Position numbers and translations under genes: made by a program
Assembly: GCF_964204645.1 (NCBI RefSeq)
Contig: NC_134026.1
Span: 14,072,050 to 14,136,049 of the forward strand
DNA: 64,000 nt
Direction of reading: 5' to 3'
Origin: Tubulanus polymorphus
Lineage: Eukaryota; Animalia; Nemertea
Shown: one piece after another, positions 1 through 14,529 of the stretch
Position numbering within the stretch: the stretch's first letter is position 1
Layout: the number at the start of each line of letters is the position of its first letter
Notes under the pieces: model-generated
What the model was told of the DNA's origin: nothing
Databases searched by the model: none
What the model saw: only the letters and a program-made list of their open reading frames with translations

Positions 1-117
1 TTGTATATTACGGTGCAATAAAGATTAAATTGAAATTGAATTATCCCGAATGTCGTCTGAGGTCTTCCATAGGAATAAAGTGGAAATAAGTTCGTATCAA
101 TTCTATCCGATTAATAC

Positions 118-1104
118 GGTCGTCATTAGTTCCAAGACGAGTTTGTCGATGACGTCATATATAAATAATAACATAACCACGTGCGTCCTGGTACGCGCTC
201 TTATCTGTTAGAGCAGTTGGAAATGTCTATTTCAACTTGACTTGAGAGAGAGCATCAGACGGTGGCCTAGTTCAGTCGGGCTTGATAGTAAATACCTGAT
301 AAAAAGTCTGATCAGGGCCCGGTTTCACGAAACAGTTTAAGCCTAAAACAGTTATGTTTTAATTGTTGTCCTCATTGAAAACATGAAGTAACCAATGGCA
401 ATTACACCAAAAATTTGAGTTGAACTTGTTTGTGAAACTGGGCCCAGGGTTAAGGACTGGCAGTTGACCTAAAACATCGTTTTTTAATCCATTCTTTACT
501 GTGAAGGATTGCAAAAGACATGTCGGTCTGAATCGAACTCTACTGAGAAGGCTTATCTGAGAAGAAAAATAATAGAATGTTTTGTTTCGTGTTTTATGTT
601 GTTTTTTTCTGAAATCTCTTATGATAAGCTATCAGTTAGTTCATACTACTGAAATAGGGCAGGGTTTCGAATTTTCAGTAGACCCAGTTTCACATATCAT
701 ACTAAATTTAAGACGAATTGAAGAACTTTGAACTATTCTATGATTCTGGCTATTGTTGAATGGGTATCTAAAAACACATCAATAGTCTACTAGCAAGAGT
801 TATTTGATTTTATCATTATAAGTCTTGCAAGAAAATAAACATTACTACTTCTACGCAAGTAAATAATTCATTTTGTTTATTTACAAACTAGTGGTTATTC
901 GTTTTTGAATAATGTTGAACAAAGAATCATCAAAAGATGATAACGAAGGAAAAGATTGCGGCAATTTGTTTATGATCATACAATTCGGCGCACAGAATTG
1001 GTTGAATAAAGTCTTTGTATTTAAGTCTGTTCCTCACGCACGTGGTTATGTTATTATTTACCAATGACGTCATCGACAAACTCGTCTTGGAACTAATGAC
1101 GACC
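118..1104. mobile_element. Non-autonomous Mutator (MULE)-like MITE immediately upstream of the CNNM start codon
   Basis: ~69-bp terminal inverted repeats (GGTCGTCATTAGTTCCAAGACGAGTTTGTCGATGACGTCAT..., 118-186 and ~1036-1104) flanked by an exact 9-bp direct repeat GATTAATAC (109-117, 1105-1113). Long G-starting TIRs with a 9-bp TSD are typical of MULEs. Confidence 0.85.
316..444. mobile_element. Short PIF/Harbinger-like MITE nested in the MULE MITE
   Basis: TIRs GGCCCGGTTTCAC / GTGAAACTGGGCC and a 3-bp CAG duplication (313-315, 445-447). A related TIR recurs at 38716-39601 and near 46990. Confidence 0.7.
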
Positions 1105-1160
1105 GATTAATACCGTCCGGGTCGTTGTCCGCATGTCAACACCTCTAAGCCTTCTCCAAG

Positions 1161-2526
1161 ATGGCGATGCCGCTTTGGAGTTTCTGTCGCATTCTCATGC
1201 TTTACTATGTGTTATGCTTAATTAACATCACATTTGCATCGAATTCAAGTGCTGTCGTAAATGGTTTTCGAGCCGAAGATTCGTCTTTCTCAAATATGGT
1301 GGATGGCACTTTGTATATCTTCGCTGGTCAGGACGTTCCATTGAGACTTTTTGGCTCTGGTTTCTCGGCAGCTACCGAAGTGGCATTTACTACTGCTGCG
1401 CCTGGTAGCTCTTCGAACGACTGCACGGATATGGCTAAATCTAGGACCTATATGTTTTCACCAGATGGGTTAACCTCAGTTTCCGCTAAAGTAGAGGTAA
1501 ATTTACCGCATCTTCAGCCGACCTTTAACCAGGAAAATTATTATGTGTGCATTAAACAGACTGTGGAAAGCATTTTAGGCCAGCGACGTGAGATTTGGAT
1601 TCATCAAGGTGTCGAAAACTGGGTCACATTTAAAACTAAAGTACCAGAAGAAAAAAAGAGCTTATTGCCGATGTGGCTACAAGGGATAATTATCTCTATT
1701 CTGCTTTGTCTGTCTGGCTTGTTCAGTGGTTTGAATTTAGGTTTAATGGCGTTGGATAAAACAGAGTTGAAGATTATTGAGCGATGCGGCTCCAGCTCTG
1801 AGAAACGCTATGCGAAAGTTATTGCGCCGTTGCGCAAGCGTGGAAATTTTTTATTGTGCTCATTGTTGTTAGGAAATGTTCTAGTAAATAATACATTAAC
1901 TATTTTACTTGATGATTTAACTAGTGGTATGGTTGCTATTATCGGCGCAACTTTCGGCATTGTTGTTTTTGGCGAAATAATTCCTCAAGCAGTGTGCTCG
2001 CGGCATGGATTGGCAGTTGGCGCTAAGACTATTTGGATAACAAAATTTTTTATGTTGTTGACATTCCCCATTTCCTATCCTATAAGTAAATTGTTAGACC
2101 TTGTACTCGGTGAAGAGATCGGGCATGTGTATAACCGTGAAAAATTACAAGAACTGATCACGGTGACGAAAGATTTCAATGTTCTCGAAAAAGATGAAGT
2201 CAATATTATATCCGGTGCACTATCACTTACGAAGAAAATGGTCAAAGATATCATGACACCACTAAGTGATGCATTTTTGTTAGATTACAATGCAATTTTA
2301 GATTTTCAAACTATGAGTGATATAATGAAACGAGGGTATACAAGAATTCCGGTGTATGAGACGTCAAAATCTGCAATCGTTGGAATTCTCAATATCAAAG
2401 ATTTGGCATTCGTTGATGCTGATGACAAAACGCCGCTGAGGACTGTATGCAAGTTTTATAATCATCCTGTGAACTTTGTTTTTGAGGATGTTAAGTTGGA
2501 TGCTATGTTGGAAGAATTCAGAAAAG
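1161..2526 (+). CDS. CNNM: CNNM-family metal transporter, exon 1 (signal peptide, extracellular domain, DUF21/CNNM transmembrane domain, most of the CBS pair)
   Basis: Motifs [48 protein letters not shown] and GYTRIPVYE. Donor G/GTAAGT at 2527, phase 1. Confidence 0.97.
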
Positions 2527-2569
2527 GTAAGTATCATTTGTGTTGCCTGGGTAATTGAAAGAAAGAATG

Positions 2570-3392
2570 TAGGTAAAAATACCCCCAGTAAATAGGCCCT
2601 ATCCCCCGGTAAAAATCCCTCCAGGTAAAAATCCCCCTGGTAAAAATCTCCCCCATATCCACTTATCTATAAAACTAAGAGTAGAAAAAATTAACTTTTT
2701 ACAACATTATTTAGGAATACATAAGTACATTAGATATTTTATTTTTACTTTTAAACCATAGTTTTTTTAGAAAATTTCAAAATTATGATAGTGTCATTTT
2801 TGATGCATGTAGCTTGCATGTCGTATATGCTAAGTCACATAATAATGTCATTTTTATGCATGTAGCTTGTTAAATATCACGGATTATCCGAGGTGAATAT
2901 TGTGACCATCACCACAGAGAAATGCCTCAATTTCAACATCACCAGCTCTGTCATTTCTATTGTTTAATTATTTCAAGTGCCTTAAATTATCTAAGGGGTA
3001 ATCACTCTGGTGCCCATATAATCAAAGAAGTTAATAACTGTAAATCAAACAGGTTGGCTTCGTGACTAGATAATTCGTAAGTAATCTTTATTAATTTTCA
3101 ACAGTGACCACTCCTAATTAGCCAATTTAGTTAAAATGACCGAATTCAATCAACTGACTCGTACCCCTAGAATAAGTATTTTGTCTCTGCAGTGATTATT
3201 ATTTATTAAACGTTTGGTAACCGTATGTATTATGCATTTAATGGAAGGAATTACTGTACTAGTGTTAAATAAAGCAATAAAGTGCAATACAATTTTTAAT
3301 CCATAATTTTTTAACATAAGAGCCGTTGAAAGTGTTGAAAAATTTTAGTGAAATCAAATATGGGGGATTTTTACCTAGGGGGATATTTACCG
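2570..3392. mobile_element. Possible degenerate MITE with repeated subterminal GGTAAAAATCCCCC motifs
   Basis: Several GGTAAAAAT(C/A)CCCC units at 2572-2655 and inverted GGGGGATTTTTACC units at 3362-3392. No clear TSD. Confidence 0.45.
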
Positions 3393-4383
3393 ATATATAT
3401 ATATATATATATACAAATATATGTACAAATATTGTGTTAACTTTGTATGGGGTGGGGGTAAAAGAGGAATCTAATGTACCGTTACTTACTTTTCTGATAG
3501 GGTCTCTCAAAAAACGTACGTACTTAATCAACGAGAGATATCCGAAATAACGTCAAATACTGATATAAAATATTAAATGACAAACCTATCCTAATATCAT
3601 CCCACTCAATATATATCATTAATAGATTTGCATGATTTTATATAGGCTAGGCCTAATAGATACATCATCATTATCAAATTCTTGCAAGTATCTCAGTGTT
3701 TTCCAATTTAAGGGGGTCTTTCAAAATGAAGGTACGGTTAGGGGTCAATAAGTACCAAGTTCATACAAGGGGGAAGGGGTTTGAAAAATGGCAAAAATTT
3801 ACCTTACGTACAATTTGAACACACCAATATTTTGAATGGCTATGAAAATAGACTTGAACCAAAACCAGAAATATCTAAGGATTATTGCATTGTGTACATA
3901 AGCTGTCAAATTATAACCTATATTGAGAAATTGATTTGAAATCACCGAGTCAGCGGTTCTCACGTCGTGATATTTTTCTGTGTTGAATTGTAAAATCCAA
4001 GGTAGCGTAATCGAAACACCACCAATATGAATCGGGGACTTAAGTGTTCAGTAAGTAACAGATTGAGGGATCTTGAATGTAATATGTGTCAAAATTCTGT
4101 GAGGGAAATGGGACATCGAGCTTAAAACCAGCTTAAACTAGTAAAGTGACAAGTTTATGTCATGCAGAGGTTGATTAAAGCTATATTCCCACTGTATTCT
4201 GGAATATAGTCCGAACAATATGTGACTAACATTATTCTTTAGAAGTACCATAAAATCTGAATGCCCAAGATACAAGGAAAACTAGTTATTTTCCCGGGGA
4301 AGACTCCAGTCCAGACCCTCTTAATGAGCTTTACATTGTGCAATGCTTGCTAATTGGTTTGGCATATCATTGAGCAGTAATAT

Positions 4384-4567
4384 TTATCCCTCTTGGGACT
4401 TAAGTCCCAGCGGGCTATTGCGTTCACTGTTCGTCCGTCATAACGTTCGTCCATCCGTCCGTAGACAGAATCCAGATATTTTGGGAAGTTTTAAAGACTT
4501 CATTGTAATGTCTTGATATTTGGGTTACAGATGAATCTACCCTAGACACATCTTGAGGCCAAAAACT
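4384..4567 (+). mobile_element. HINE family 1, 5' part (interrupted; remainder at ~8936-9650)
   Basis: TTGGGACTTAAGTCCCAGCGGGCTATTGCGTTCAC plus (GTCC)n, matching the 5' end of the full copies. The element sequence resumes at 8936. Confidence 0.75.
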
Positions 4568-4600
4568 ATGGAACGCGATTCATGCATTAAACATGACCAT

Positions 4601-7600
4601 TGTTACGACGTAGTCTAATTGCGGCACTGTAGTATATTTGCGACGTATCTATTATGCTGCGACGTGGGAAGTTTGTAACAAAGTAGCTTATTTACGTGAA
4701 GGTTCCATAGTTCTGATATATAGCCCATGTATTATTATAGGTTGTCAATTGTAATTACATCATTTCATTCCATGATTCATCTTCATTTCACCTCCTCATT
4801 CATTTTCATGTAGAGAGTTGAACGGTCGATCGGATTACCATATCGGGTAAGGAAATCCGATTCCGACGGTGAGATTCTCTACTCCCATCATTTAGAATAT
4901 ATAGTAGCACCCCTCCCTCGATTATCGCCATTCGTACCTCCACACTCACCTGGACCAGTCGGTTATGATAAACCTTTCTTTCATATATTCAAATTCACGA
5001 GTGGACGTTCTTTATTTTACGAAACCAGGACAGATATTTCACAGAAATTATAAGATCACATCTGAGCTAGTCACCCATTTGTACATATATCAATTGGTGG
5101 AGAACCACGGTCCTGGTGAGTGCTATTTTTTCTAACTATTTATTTTTTTTATTTCAGGCGCTTTCTCGCTGTTACCAAGCGAGTGCTCTAACACTAGTAA
5201 TTTTAATCTATTTCAGGCTTAAATCCCTGTTTTTTTGTGTAGTCGATATTGTCTTGCTTTCGGGTTATTAGCTATTGTTGTTATATTTTTTTGATACCTC
5301 GTATTATTTTGAACCTATCCACGTAACATATTTCTTATCATTGAGGTGACCAATGTATCGACCGGTACCAATGACAGTAGCACTGACTCAGGGACAGTCA
5401 CTGTCCGACCCGCAGCGATTTCGCGGGAAATCCTCCTGACTGTGACATCTCCCTCTAATGTCGAGACAGCGGTTCGCTTCTCATCGAGTACTTCTCAGAC
5501 AGCCATCTCTCGGCTCGACCGGCCCGTTTCTGTCAGGACCACTACCCCGATCGCCGAGTCCGCAATTCCCTTTGGGTCCTGTACCGAGAAGTCCAGCTAC
5601 TGCTCATGAGACTGAACCATATATTCAGTCTATCAACTCGATTGTGCACCGTCTACAAAAGCCCACATTCCAGCCACCAAAGTTGGATTAATTTTCTGGT
5701 TCAGACTCAGAGGATTTTTCTCGTTTTATAAGAGACTTTGAAGGTCTATCCGTGCTGAACAATTGGGGTAGCGACATAAAAGCTGCTGCGCTCCCAGCCT
5801 ATTTGACAGGAGTTGCGCGCGACCACTATGACGATGTCATGGCCCAGCACTCCGGTCCAGACCCCCCTACATATTCAATTATTAAGGCGGGGCTACAAAC
5901 TAAGCTAGATCTGTACTGGGTACAGGAGCAGGCACTACTTGGCCGAAAACAGGGTCCTCGCGAGCCAGTCCGCCCCTATTCCCAAGACCTGACCTCTAAA
6001 TTTGAAAAACTGGTTACTCCAGCCGCTTCTCGGTTTCATATTTTTATGTCTGGTCTACGGTCCGATATACGGAAATTTGTCATCACACAGCACCCTAAAA
6101 ACGTGGACGAGGCCGTTAACCACGCGCTGACGGCTGAATTAATTAACCAGCTTGACCCGCCAACAACGGTCGCAGCCATTTCTGACGATAAATCGCTAGA
6201 CCAATCCTTAAGGGATGAGATCGCTTCCCCAAGAAGCGAAGTGAGGGAGATACGCAACCAACAAGCTCCACAGAACGTTCGTCTGCATGACCAGTATAGG
6301 AACCAGCGAACGACTTCGGGTAATCCTATTTGCGGCAGATGTAATCGCGTCGGTCACACGGCGACCTATTGTAGAGATTGACATGATTTTCGATCGCGTC
6401 GTGGGCGTCCTACAAATTATCATAATCCCGGCAATCAAACCTACCAACCACGGGGTGCGGTAACAGGACAATGTATATTCGACGAAGCGGGGAAACTAAA
6501 TGAGGCCCGTCTGAATGTGGGTTCATTCGGGCTGTCCAATCGAAATCCTACGCCAGATACCCCAAGAGAAATTTATTCGGGAATAGTCAATTTTGTTTGT
6601 TGGTTTTTTATATTGTTTTTTATATTGTATGATTAACATTGTGAAATTATCTTGTGTTTCAGTGTTCAGATGGACACACATATTTGTCATATATACTGCA
6701 TCGTTATTTATATCTTATTCATATATACTCACTACATACTTGTATTCGAAATTGAAATATGCTTTATCTTACGTGTCCTCACAAGTGTCTAAACTTGATT
6801 CTAGTCTATTATTTTACCAGACTCGATACTGTATCTAATGTACGGAACGCACCGAGAGACCCTGATATGGTCTGGGGGCCAGTCGACTCAGATGTCGGCC
6901 ATAATCCAACGGTTCATGCTGATAGGCCAAAGACAATTCTGGCCTCAGTAGCTAACTCAGTGCACGGGAAATTTGGCACTAACGCTGTCACTGTTCTCGT
7001 ATATAGTGGAAGCGAGATAACTGTTATAAGTTAAAACGTGTTTAGATTTTTAGATTATTTTAAGAGTAAACAATTGGACCTGGCCACAAGTCACAATGTC
7101 CATTCAGCCAATGGCACGCCGATTAAAATGTTAGGGAAAATTAGTTTCAGTCTAGATATTGGTAACAGGCTTTCCGATTGATGCGCACGTAGCTTCAGTG
7201 CTGGCCTACGACGTCATCTTAGGTATGGATTTGGGGGTCGCAACCATTCAATTTCCGGGGAGTAGACCACTATGATTGCAGAAGCAGTTCGACCTAGTTA
7301 GTGACACTAAAATTTGCATTCAAGAGATGACAGTTGTCCCCCCATTCACTGAAATAATCATTCTTTCTAAAGTTGTCGACAGAATTAGAGATGACACAGA
7401 GTGCTACATAGACCCTAGCACACAATTACAAAAGTCTAACTTAATCGGGGCTAAAATAATCGCCTTAGTAAAGAGCCAAACTGTTCCGTTTCGAATCTGT
7501 AACCCTACGGTAAATCCTTTACAGCTGTTCCAGGGTACAACGGTGGGGAACCTGTCGACTGGGTCATACCAAGTACACTCAACTCTGGAAGAAACTGACA

Positions 7601-8935
7601 CTCCGCCAGTCAGCCAGGAGAGACGCAATATGTGCCACATAAGTACTAGAAACGATAAGCCAAAACTAGACCCACCAAACGTGGACCTGAGCGACGCTAA
7701 GCTGACGAAGGACGAGAAACAGCAACTGACGGACCTACTTCGTAAATACGTTTTCGCGAATGACGATAGCGAGTGAGGCCACACTTCATTAATCAAACAC
7801 CATATTGATGTTCAGGGTCACCCACCGATCGACAAAGAGCCTACTGTAGAACCCCAGGGATGAGGAAAATTGAAGAAGATGAGGTTGACAAAATGGTCGA
7901 GGCAGATATCATACGCGAATCAAACTCCCCCTGGAGTAGCCTGGTCGTTAAGTGAAAAAGAAAAACGGCCAAACACGATTCTGCGTTGACTACCGTAAAG
8001 TAAATTCCGTCACACGCAAAGATTCTTTTCCAGTGCCAAGGTGCGACAATATTCTCGATAGCCTCGGTGCAACGCAACCAAAATATTTCTCTCTTGATTT
8101 ACGGTCAGGCTATTGGCAAGTGGAGGTTGACGAAGAATCCAAGCCAATTACTGCTTTTTCTTGTAACAGGGGCCGATTCGAATTCAATCGTCTTCCGTTT
8201 GGCTTATGCAATAGTCCGGGTACCTTTGAGAGATTGATGGAGAATGTGCTCCGAGGCCTAAGCTGGAAAATCTGTTTAATATATATCTAGACGATGTCGT
8301 CTTCTTTTCACAAACTTTTGAGGAACATTTGATTCACTTAGAACAGATTTTTATGTGATTTCTAGAGGCTCACGTTAAAACCCGACTAATGTCATTTTGT
8401 TCTCGATAGCGTTTTGTATTTGGCCATATTATCAGTGGTGAAGGCATCAAGCCTGACCCAGAGAAATGTCAACAATAAACGAGTATCCAGTCCCCACAAC
8501 ATTGAAAGACATTTGACATATAATTGTCGGTTTATTGAAAATTTAGCGAAATATGCAGTCCACTTTACGCACTCACCAGAAAAAATGCTAAGTTTGAGTG
8601 GAATGGGGACTGCGAACGATCATTCCAAGAGCTCGAGTCAGACTAACCAGTCCTCCAGTCCTAGCCTTTCCGGACTTTAACCAACCTTTCGAGCTGCACA
8701 CTGATGCAAGCGCGAATGCGATAGGTCTGGTTCTGTGTCAACGTATTGATGGCAACGAACGTGTGATTGCTTACGGTGGACGAAATTTCCTGCCCCGTTC
8801 ATGCCCTGTCTAGACGACAATATGTAAATGCACTGGAAGAAAATCCCGATTTACAATCCAAACCAGTACAAGATGCTGGGGCGACCAGTATATTGAAGGA
8901 CCAAATCCCTATAATATTTCAAGCTCAACGAGACA
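4601..8935 (+). mobile_element. Decayed Ty3/Gypsy LTR retrotransposon, 3' truncated, lying inside a HINE copy
   Basis: Candidate 5' LTR TGTTAC...TATCA (4601-5092) followed by PBS TGGTGGAG (5095). Gag with CCHC knuckle CGRCNRVGHTATYC (5752-6381). Degenerate protease VLVYSGSEITVIS. RT motifs RFCVDYRKVN, SLDLRSGYWQV, RLPFGLCNSPGTF, with YLDD shifted out of frame at ~8283. RNase H FELHTDASANAIG. No integrase or 3' LTR seen. Confidence 0.92.
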
Positions 8936-9651
8936 ATCCCAATGGCCCATCAGCATTAAAAAATTGGGTCGATCGGAGTCAAGATGGTCGTCCTGTTACC
9001 TTTTTAGTGCCCAAAAATGTCAATGTTGGCCGGAATTTTGGGTCCTGTAGCTTCCTACTTGTTTGCCATTTCTCATTGCAATTTGTGATGGGTACTCTTT
9101 GGAAAGGGATGTTTTATACCCGAGACAGGTATTTTTGATCAGCTAATTATGACACAATTGGCGGCCATCTTGGTGTCATCAGTACTCATTCGTAGGTGGA
9201 AAAAAGTTTTCCACATTACATAGATACCTAAGCTGTTTAGGTATTTTGATATAATACAGTTAATAGTCAAAGTCAGCTAGTTGAAATCTATTATTGTTAA
9301 TTTGATCAACGAATCGGGTCATTGAATTGGGGCAAAAAGGTGCTTGAAAGTCATGGAATGAGACTGGTCATGGAGGCTATGAACCCTGTAAGCATATTGT
9401 GTTACTACAATCAATTGGAAAGTTGTAGCCCATAACGTGTTCTATGATTTTAATGAGTTTCAAGGACATTAGGTCTAGTTTTTCTATATGGTCATCAGGG
9501 GGCGTTGAATAGTAGAATAACTTAATATTTCCTTATTAGATTGGTACCTAGGCAAAGTTGTAGTTCATGACATGTTCAATGATTGTGGAGAGTTGCAAGG
9601 TCATTGGGTTTCGCTTATGGTCACCAGGCGGCGTTGAATAGTAAAGTACCA

Positions 9652-10912
9652 TTTTAGCCCACTTGGGACTTTAGTCCCAGCGGGCTATTGCGTTCACTTT
9701 TCGTCCGTCCATCCGTCCGTAGACGGAATCCAGTTATTTTGGGAAGTTTTGAAGACGCTTCAAGGTAACGTCTTGATATTTGGGTTATACATGTATCTAC
9801 CCGAGACACATCTTCAGCCCAAAAACTGGCCCTGTCAGAATCAAGATGGCCGACTAGCAGCCATTGTTGTTCACCAAAATCAGCACTTTTTACACATTTT
9901 TGAACTTTTTGAGGGAAATTTTGAAGACGCTTTGATCAATTACCTTGATCTTTCGGATATATGTGAATCCCCCAGGGCCCATCAACATAACAAAAATTGG
10001 GTCGGTCGGACAAAAGATGGCCGTCCTATGGCCTTTTTAGTGCCCAAAAATGTTGATTTTGGCCCGAATTCTGAGTCCTGTAGCTTCCTACTGGTTTGCC
10101 ATTTCTCATTGCAATTTGTGATGGGTATTCTTTGGAAAGGGATGTTTTATACCTGAGACAGGTATTTTTCATCAGCCAATTGTGACGCAATTGGCGGCCA
10201 TCTTGGTGTCACCAGTACTCATTCATAAGTGGGAAAAAGTTTTTCCACATTATATTGATACCTAAGCGTATTTTGCTACCACAATCAATTAGAAAGTTGT
10301 AGCTCATAACGTGTTCTATGATTGTGGTGAGTTTCAAGGTAATTGGATTTCGTATATGGCCACCAGGGGGCGTTGAATAATACAATATCATAGTATTTCT
10401 ATATTATATTCGTACCTATGCATATTTTGTTACCGCAATCAATTGCAAAGTTGTAGCTCATGACATCATCTATGATTGTGGTGAGTTTTAAGGAAATTAG
10501 TTATTCTATATGGTCACCAGGGGGCGTTGAATAGTAGAATAACCTGGTATTTCCTTATTATATTGGTACCTAGGCATATTTTGTTACCATGATCAATTGC
10601 AAAGTTGTAGTTCATGACATGTTCTATGATTGTGGTGAGCTTCGAGGTCATTGGGTTTTGAATATGGTCACCAGGGGGCGTTGAATAGTAGAATGACTTA
10701 ATATTTCCATATTAAATTGGTAACGAGTCATATTTTGTTATCACAATCAATTACAAAATCGTAGCTGCTGACATGTTCTATGATTGTGGTGAGTTTCAAG
10801 GTCGTTGGTTTTTGTAAATGGTCACCAGGGGGCGTTGAATATTGAAATTGTTAGATTGTTGAGCATTTGAAACCACTTCCCAAGTGGGCATGGTGTCCCT
10901 GGACCCCTAGTT
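9652..10912 (+). mobile_element. Helentron-associated interspersed element (HINE/DINE-1-like), family 1, full copy
   Basis: T-tract start, subterminal inverted repeat GCCCACTTGGGA / TCCCAAGTGGGC, 5' hairpin GGGACTTTAGTCCC, (GTCC)n microsatellite, four 154-bp central tandem units, 3' end ...CCCCTAGTT, no TSD. This is canonical HINE architecture. Confidence 0.85.
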
Positions 10913-13637
10913 ATTATTTTGTTATCACAATCAATTACACAATCGTAGCTGCTGACATTTTTGGCTCGCGTTAGCGAGCATATGTCAATGGTTTGGCCGA
11001 TCGATAATCATTCGTATACACTACACTCACAGCTATTTTTAGCACACTCAAACGCAATTTCAGTAGCCTGTAATTTCACTGCTAATGGGCAAATTGAACG
11101 GATTAAGCAAAAATATATTTCGTAATTAGTTTTTCTTGATGGTGCGCAAAGTTGAAAGTCGTGGGTTTCATATTTTTCAAGAAATTTACCAAAAAGTTTA
11201 AAAGATCCGATTTGTTTTTACACGTTTCTTTATGCAGCATCTTTAACTGTCTGAAATTGCACATGTGAAAATTCAATGCTATTTGCATCGGAAGAACTTT
11301 ATCTTGCCAAGATCCGACGCTTTGTTCGATAGTTATGGGCTTTCAAAGACTCGAAATCTTGATAATATGAAATTTGTGTTGACCCAGTTTTGACTTCCAT
11401 CATGACGTCGTAACATTGAACGAGTTGGATCAGCTGGTGCGCGTTATTTCACAAACAAAATGGCGGCTCGATTGATCATGTTGATATTCGTCATTTCTAG
11501 CGCGAATACTGATACTTTTAAGGCATATGATATAACGATTTAATATGTGCGTATGTTCAATGATTCATCTAGTTTTGATATCCCGTGCGTAAGGTAACCT
11601 TGCATCAAGATATCTGACGAAAATGTGGTTTCAAAATGCGGAAATTTACCTCCGTGTTCGCCACATGACTGATTTACTGATAGCATCGGATTTTTAGAGA
11701 TGAGTCTGATATATACACGACTGGAATACTTGTTTTATCATCATTAATTGAAGCATTAGCATTGGCATTAGATCCAGTTTGGAGCCTGATATTAATGTTA
11801 GTTTGTTAATCGCGGTATAGTGATGAGCGTTCACGTTGAAAACAGTCGTGTACAGTCTGGTAGCAATATTGCCATATACTGTCCGTGTTCACTGCGTGTT
11901 TGTACCAGTTATAGAGTACGCATGCCACAATGTAGGTCGCGCGTAAACGATTTGTCTGAGTGAAAATGTAAGCTTAAAGCAATCCTATCGTGAAATTATT
12001 AAAAACACTGTCAGTCGATAAAACTTTGTTTCGTCAGTAACCGGCACTGGCCTCAAATTTGAAGAACTTGGGAGGTCAGTATATGATAATGAAAAACCTC
12101 CCATGAAACTTAGGCTCTCACCAAGTTTTTCTGAATTAAGAATATAGTCTCTTATTTAGTTTTTATGTAAGATTTCAATAAAATCATTTCTCTCTTCACA
12201 TTTAGGCTAACCCTTCTCATTTTGTAATATTTTCTTTGACCAAATTATGTGAAGATGTCCAGGATTGTGCTTGATTGTTTAGCTATTAGCATTTTTCATT
12301 TTACAGAACGCCATCAATGTAAAGAGAATAATGTTTCAATAGAACTTTCTATGACAAAGCAGTCTCAGATGTATCGATTCTGAGAAGCTAGCGAATACCA
12401 AATATCAACCAGATAAGATAGGATAAGATAATTTATTACTCTCCAACCATTTCCATGGTACGTGAGCCAGTCTGATACCAACAGTGCCATCTGGTGTTAT
12501 ATATTGGCGTAAATGACGCGTTGACTTTAAGATTATGAGCTAACTGTAATATTGCGAGTTGACTGTTATATCACGAGTTGACTAAGATTATGAGCTAACT
12601 GTAATATCACGAATTGACAATAATATTATGAGCTGGCTGTAAGATTCTGAGAACTGTAATATTACTGGTTGCCTTTTAAGATTATGAATGTAATGTTAAA
12701 TTACGAGTTGACTGTTATATTCTCAGTTGACTGTGTAAGATAACGAGTCGATTGTTAGATTTAAGTTGACTATCTAAGTTTGTGAAATTGAAGTTACCAA
12801 TTGAGAATGTAATATTGCGATTTTGATTTTTTGCAGCGATGGCATTCCATAGTAAACCTCTGGGCCCATGGGTAATTATTATTTTGAACAAAAACTGTAT
12901 TATAGATTTTCATTTAAGTTGTTATCAGTCCAATTATTATTAAAAAGTCTTCGAAAGTGATACACATTGGTCTGTCGATCTTTCTGAACTATGACCGGCC
13001 ATATTTCACTAATGTTAGTAAAACAAATAAAGTAAAGTAAAACAAATCGATCTGACGTATTTGATCATGCCTACCACTGTCTGAGGTGTCAAGTTTCATC
13101 GTAGTGCCCATAGCAGTTGTTAAAGCAAACAGATCTGCATAATTAAAAAGTAGGAGAATGAGCAACGAACAATGTAATATGTTTTGATTGATATTATAAG
13201 AAATTGTACCTCGGGAGCACAGGACCTTTGGTCCTCTAGTTAAAGAACCATAACTCCATAAATAGACCATAACTCCACTGAACTCTAGAAAGGAAATGAT
13301 GAAACAGTAGTAGATAATTCTTTCATGCATAAGATTTATTTCATTAGACTACATAAGGATATAGTTCTGTGAAAGCTCAAGACCCACAGGCCTCTTGTTA
13401 GTAAAGAGCTTAAATTACAGTCAACCTCGCTTATTTCGTATCTCTTGGGACCGTAGTCTTTTCTAGAAATTAGATATACGGATTATACGTTATTTGTATT
13501 TTCCATGAATTATGTTTAATTCATAGAAATGACTGACAAGTAATTGGTAAGCTTGCCAATCACTGCCAGCTGGGGGAAAAATGAAATACGAATTATGGGT
13601 CGCGAATACGTCCGAAGGAATAATTGGGACCTTTCAC

Positions 13638-14529
13638 TTTTGGTTCAACCGTAGGCTGAGCCTATTACTATACAAATGGAGCGAATTTAAATGACAAGGC
13701 TTCCAGAGTAAAGGCTCTTTGACTGTGCAACTGAGCATATATTCATACAATTCATTAGAGCATTATCCATTCTCCAACCCCTATGAAGCTGAATTTTGAA
13801 AGAGGGCCTCGTTAAAATTTATATGAGCTTTTTCGCGAAAACCTGATAGCAAAAATATCTGTTTAAAAAAGCCAATCAGAAAGCAAAGACTCCTCTATGA
13901 TTGGCTTAGCCGCAGAGATCAGCAGGTGTTTACGTGAACCCGTGGTAATGTCTACCGTTTTACTTCCGGGTTTTATTTTAACATCTAAAATTGTATTTCA
14001 ATATCGATTTCTGTGAAATCTTTAGTTGATTTGGTTTTTGGGAGGAATATTTTTATTTGCACTGCAGAAAATATCATTGACAATTGTGCAAAGTCCTGAA
14101 AAATAACTTTTTCTCAAATCGGTTGGATGACCTTGATATGCGAATTAGCCATGTGATCAAACTGCAAATTCAAAAAAAATTTATTTAGCAAAAAATATCA
14201 TATCAAATTCAATTTTACTTTATTGAACAAGGTTGAACAGCAAATCCAATTCAATCTTGTTTTATTGAGCAAATTTCAGAAAATTCAATTCTATTCCGCA
14301 TTCTAATCAATAAGACCAAGGGAAAAGATTTATCTGAGGTATTTGTTCCTGTCAGCTCCAGTCTCTGTCAGTGCTACTTATGAAAACACGATTGAATTGT
14401 GTAAATTATTAGCCTGGGATTGACTAGTCTATCGCTGGGAGTGTATTTGGACAAAACCCACTGAATGCATCATTTGCCATTTTATGAAAAACTGACAGGC
14501 TGGCCAAAGTGCCCCTTGGGGCTCTTGTT
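13638..14529 (+). mobile_element. HINE-like family 2, copy 1
   Basis: ~880 bp closely similar to 39768-40622. Ends in GGCTGGCC...GCCCCTTGGGGC hairpin followed by TCTTGTT. Confidence 0.7.

Noticed and set aside
2527-2558. ORF-track C-terminus KYHLCCLGN of the 465-aa ORF
   Set aside because: It is intron read-through past the GTAAGT donor; the protein continues in exon 2.
9749-10391. Recurrent ORFs such as ...FSLQFVMGILWKGMFYT (also at 8767, 26193, 48001)
   Set aside because: They are chance frames inside the non-coding HINE repeat, with starts and stops that vary between copies.
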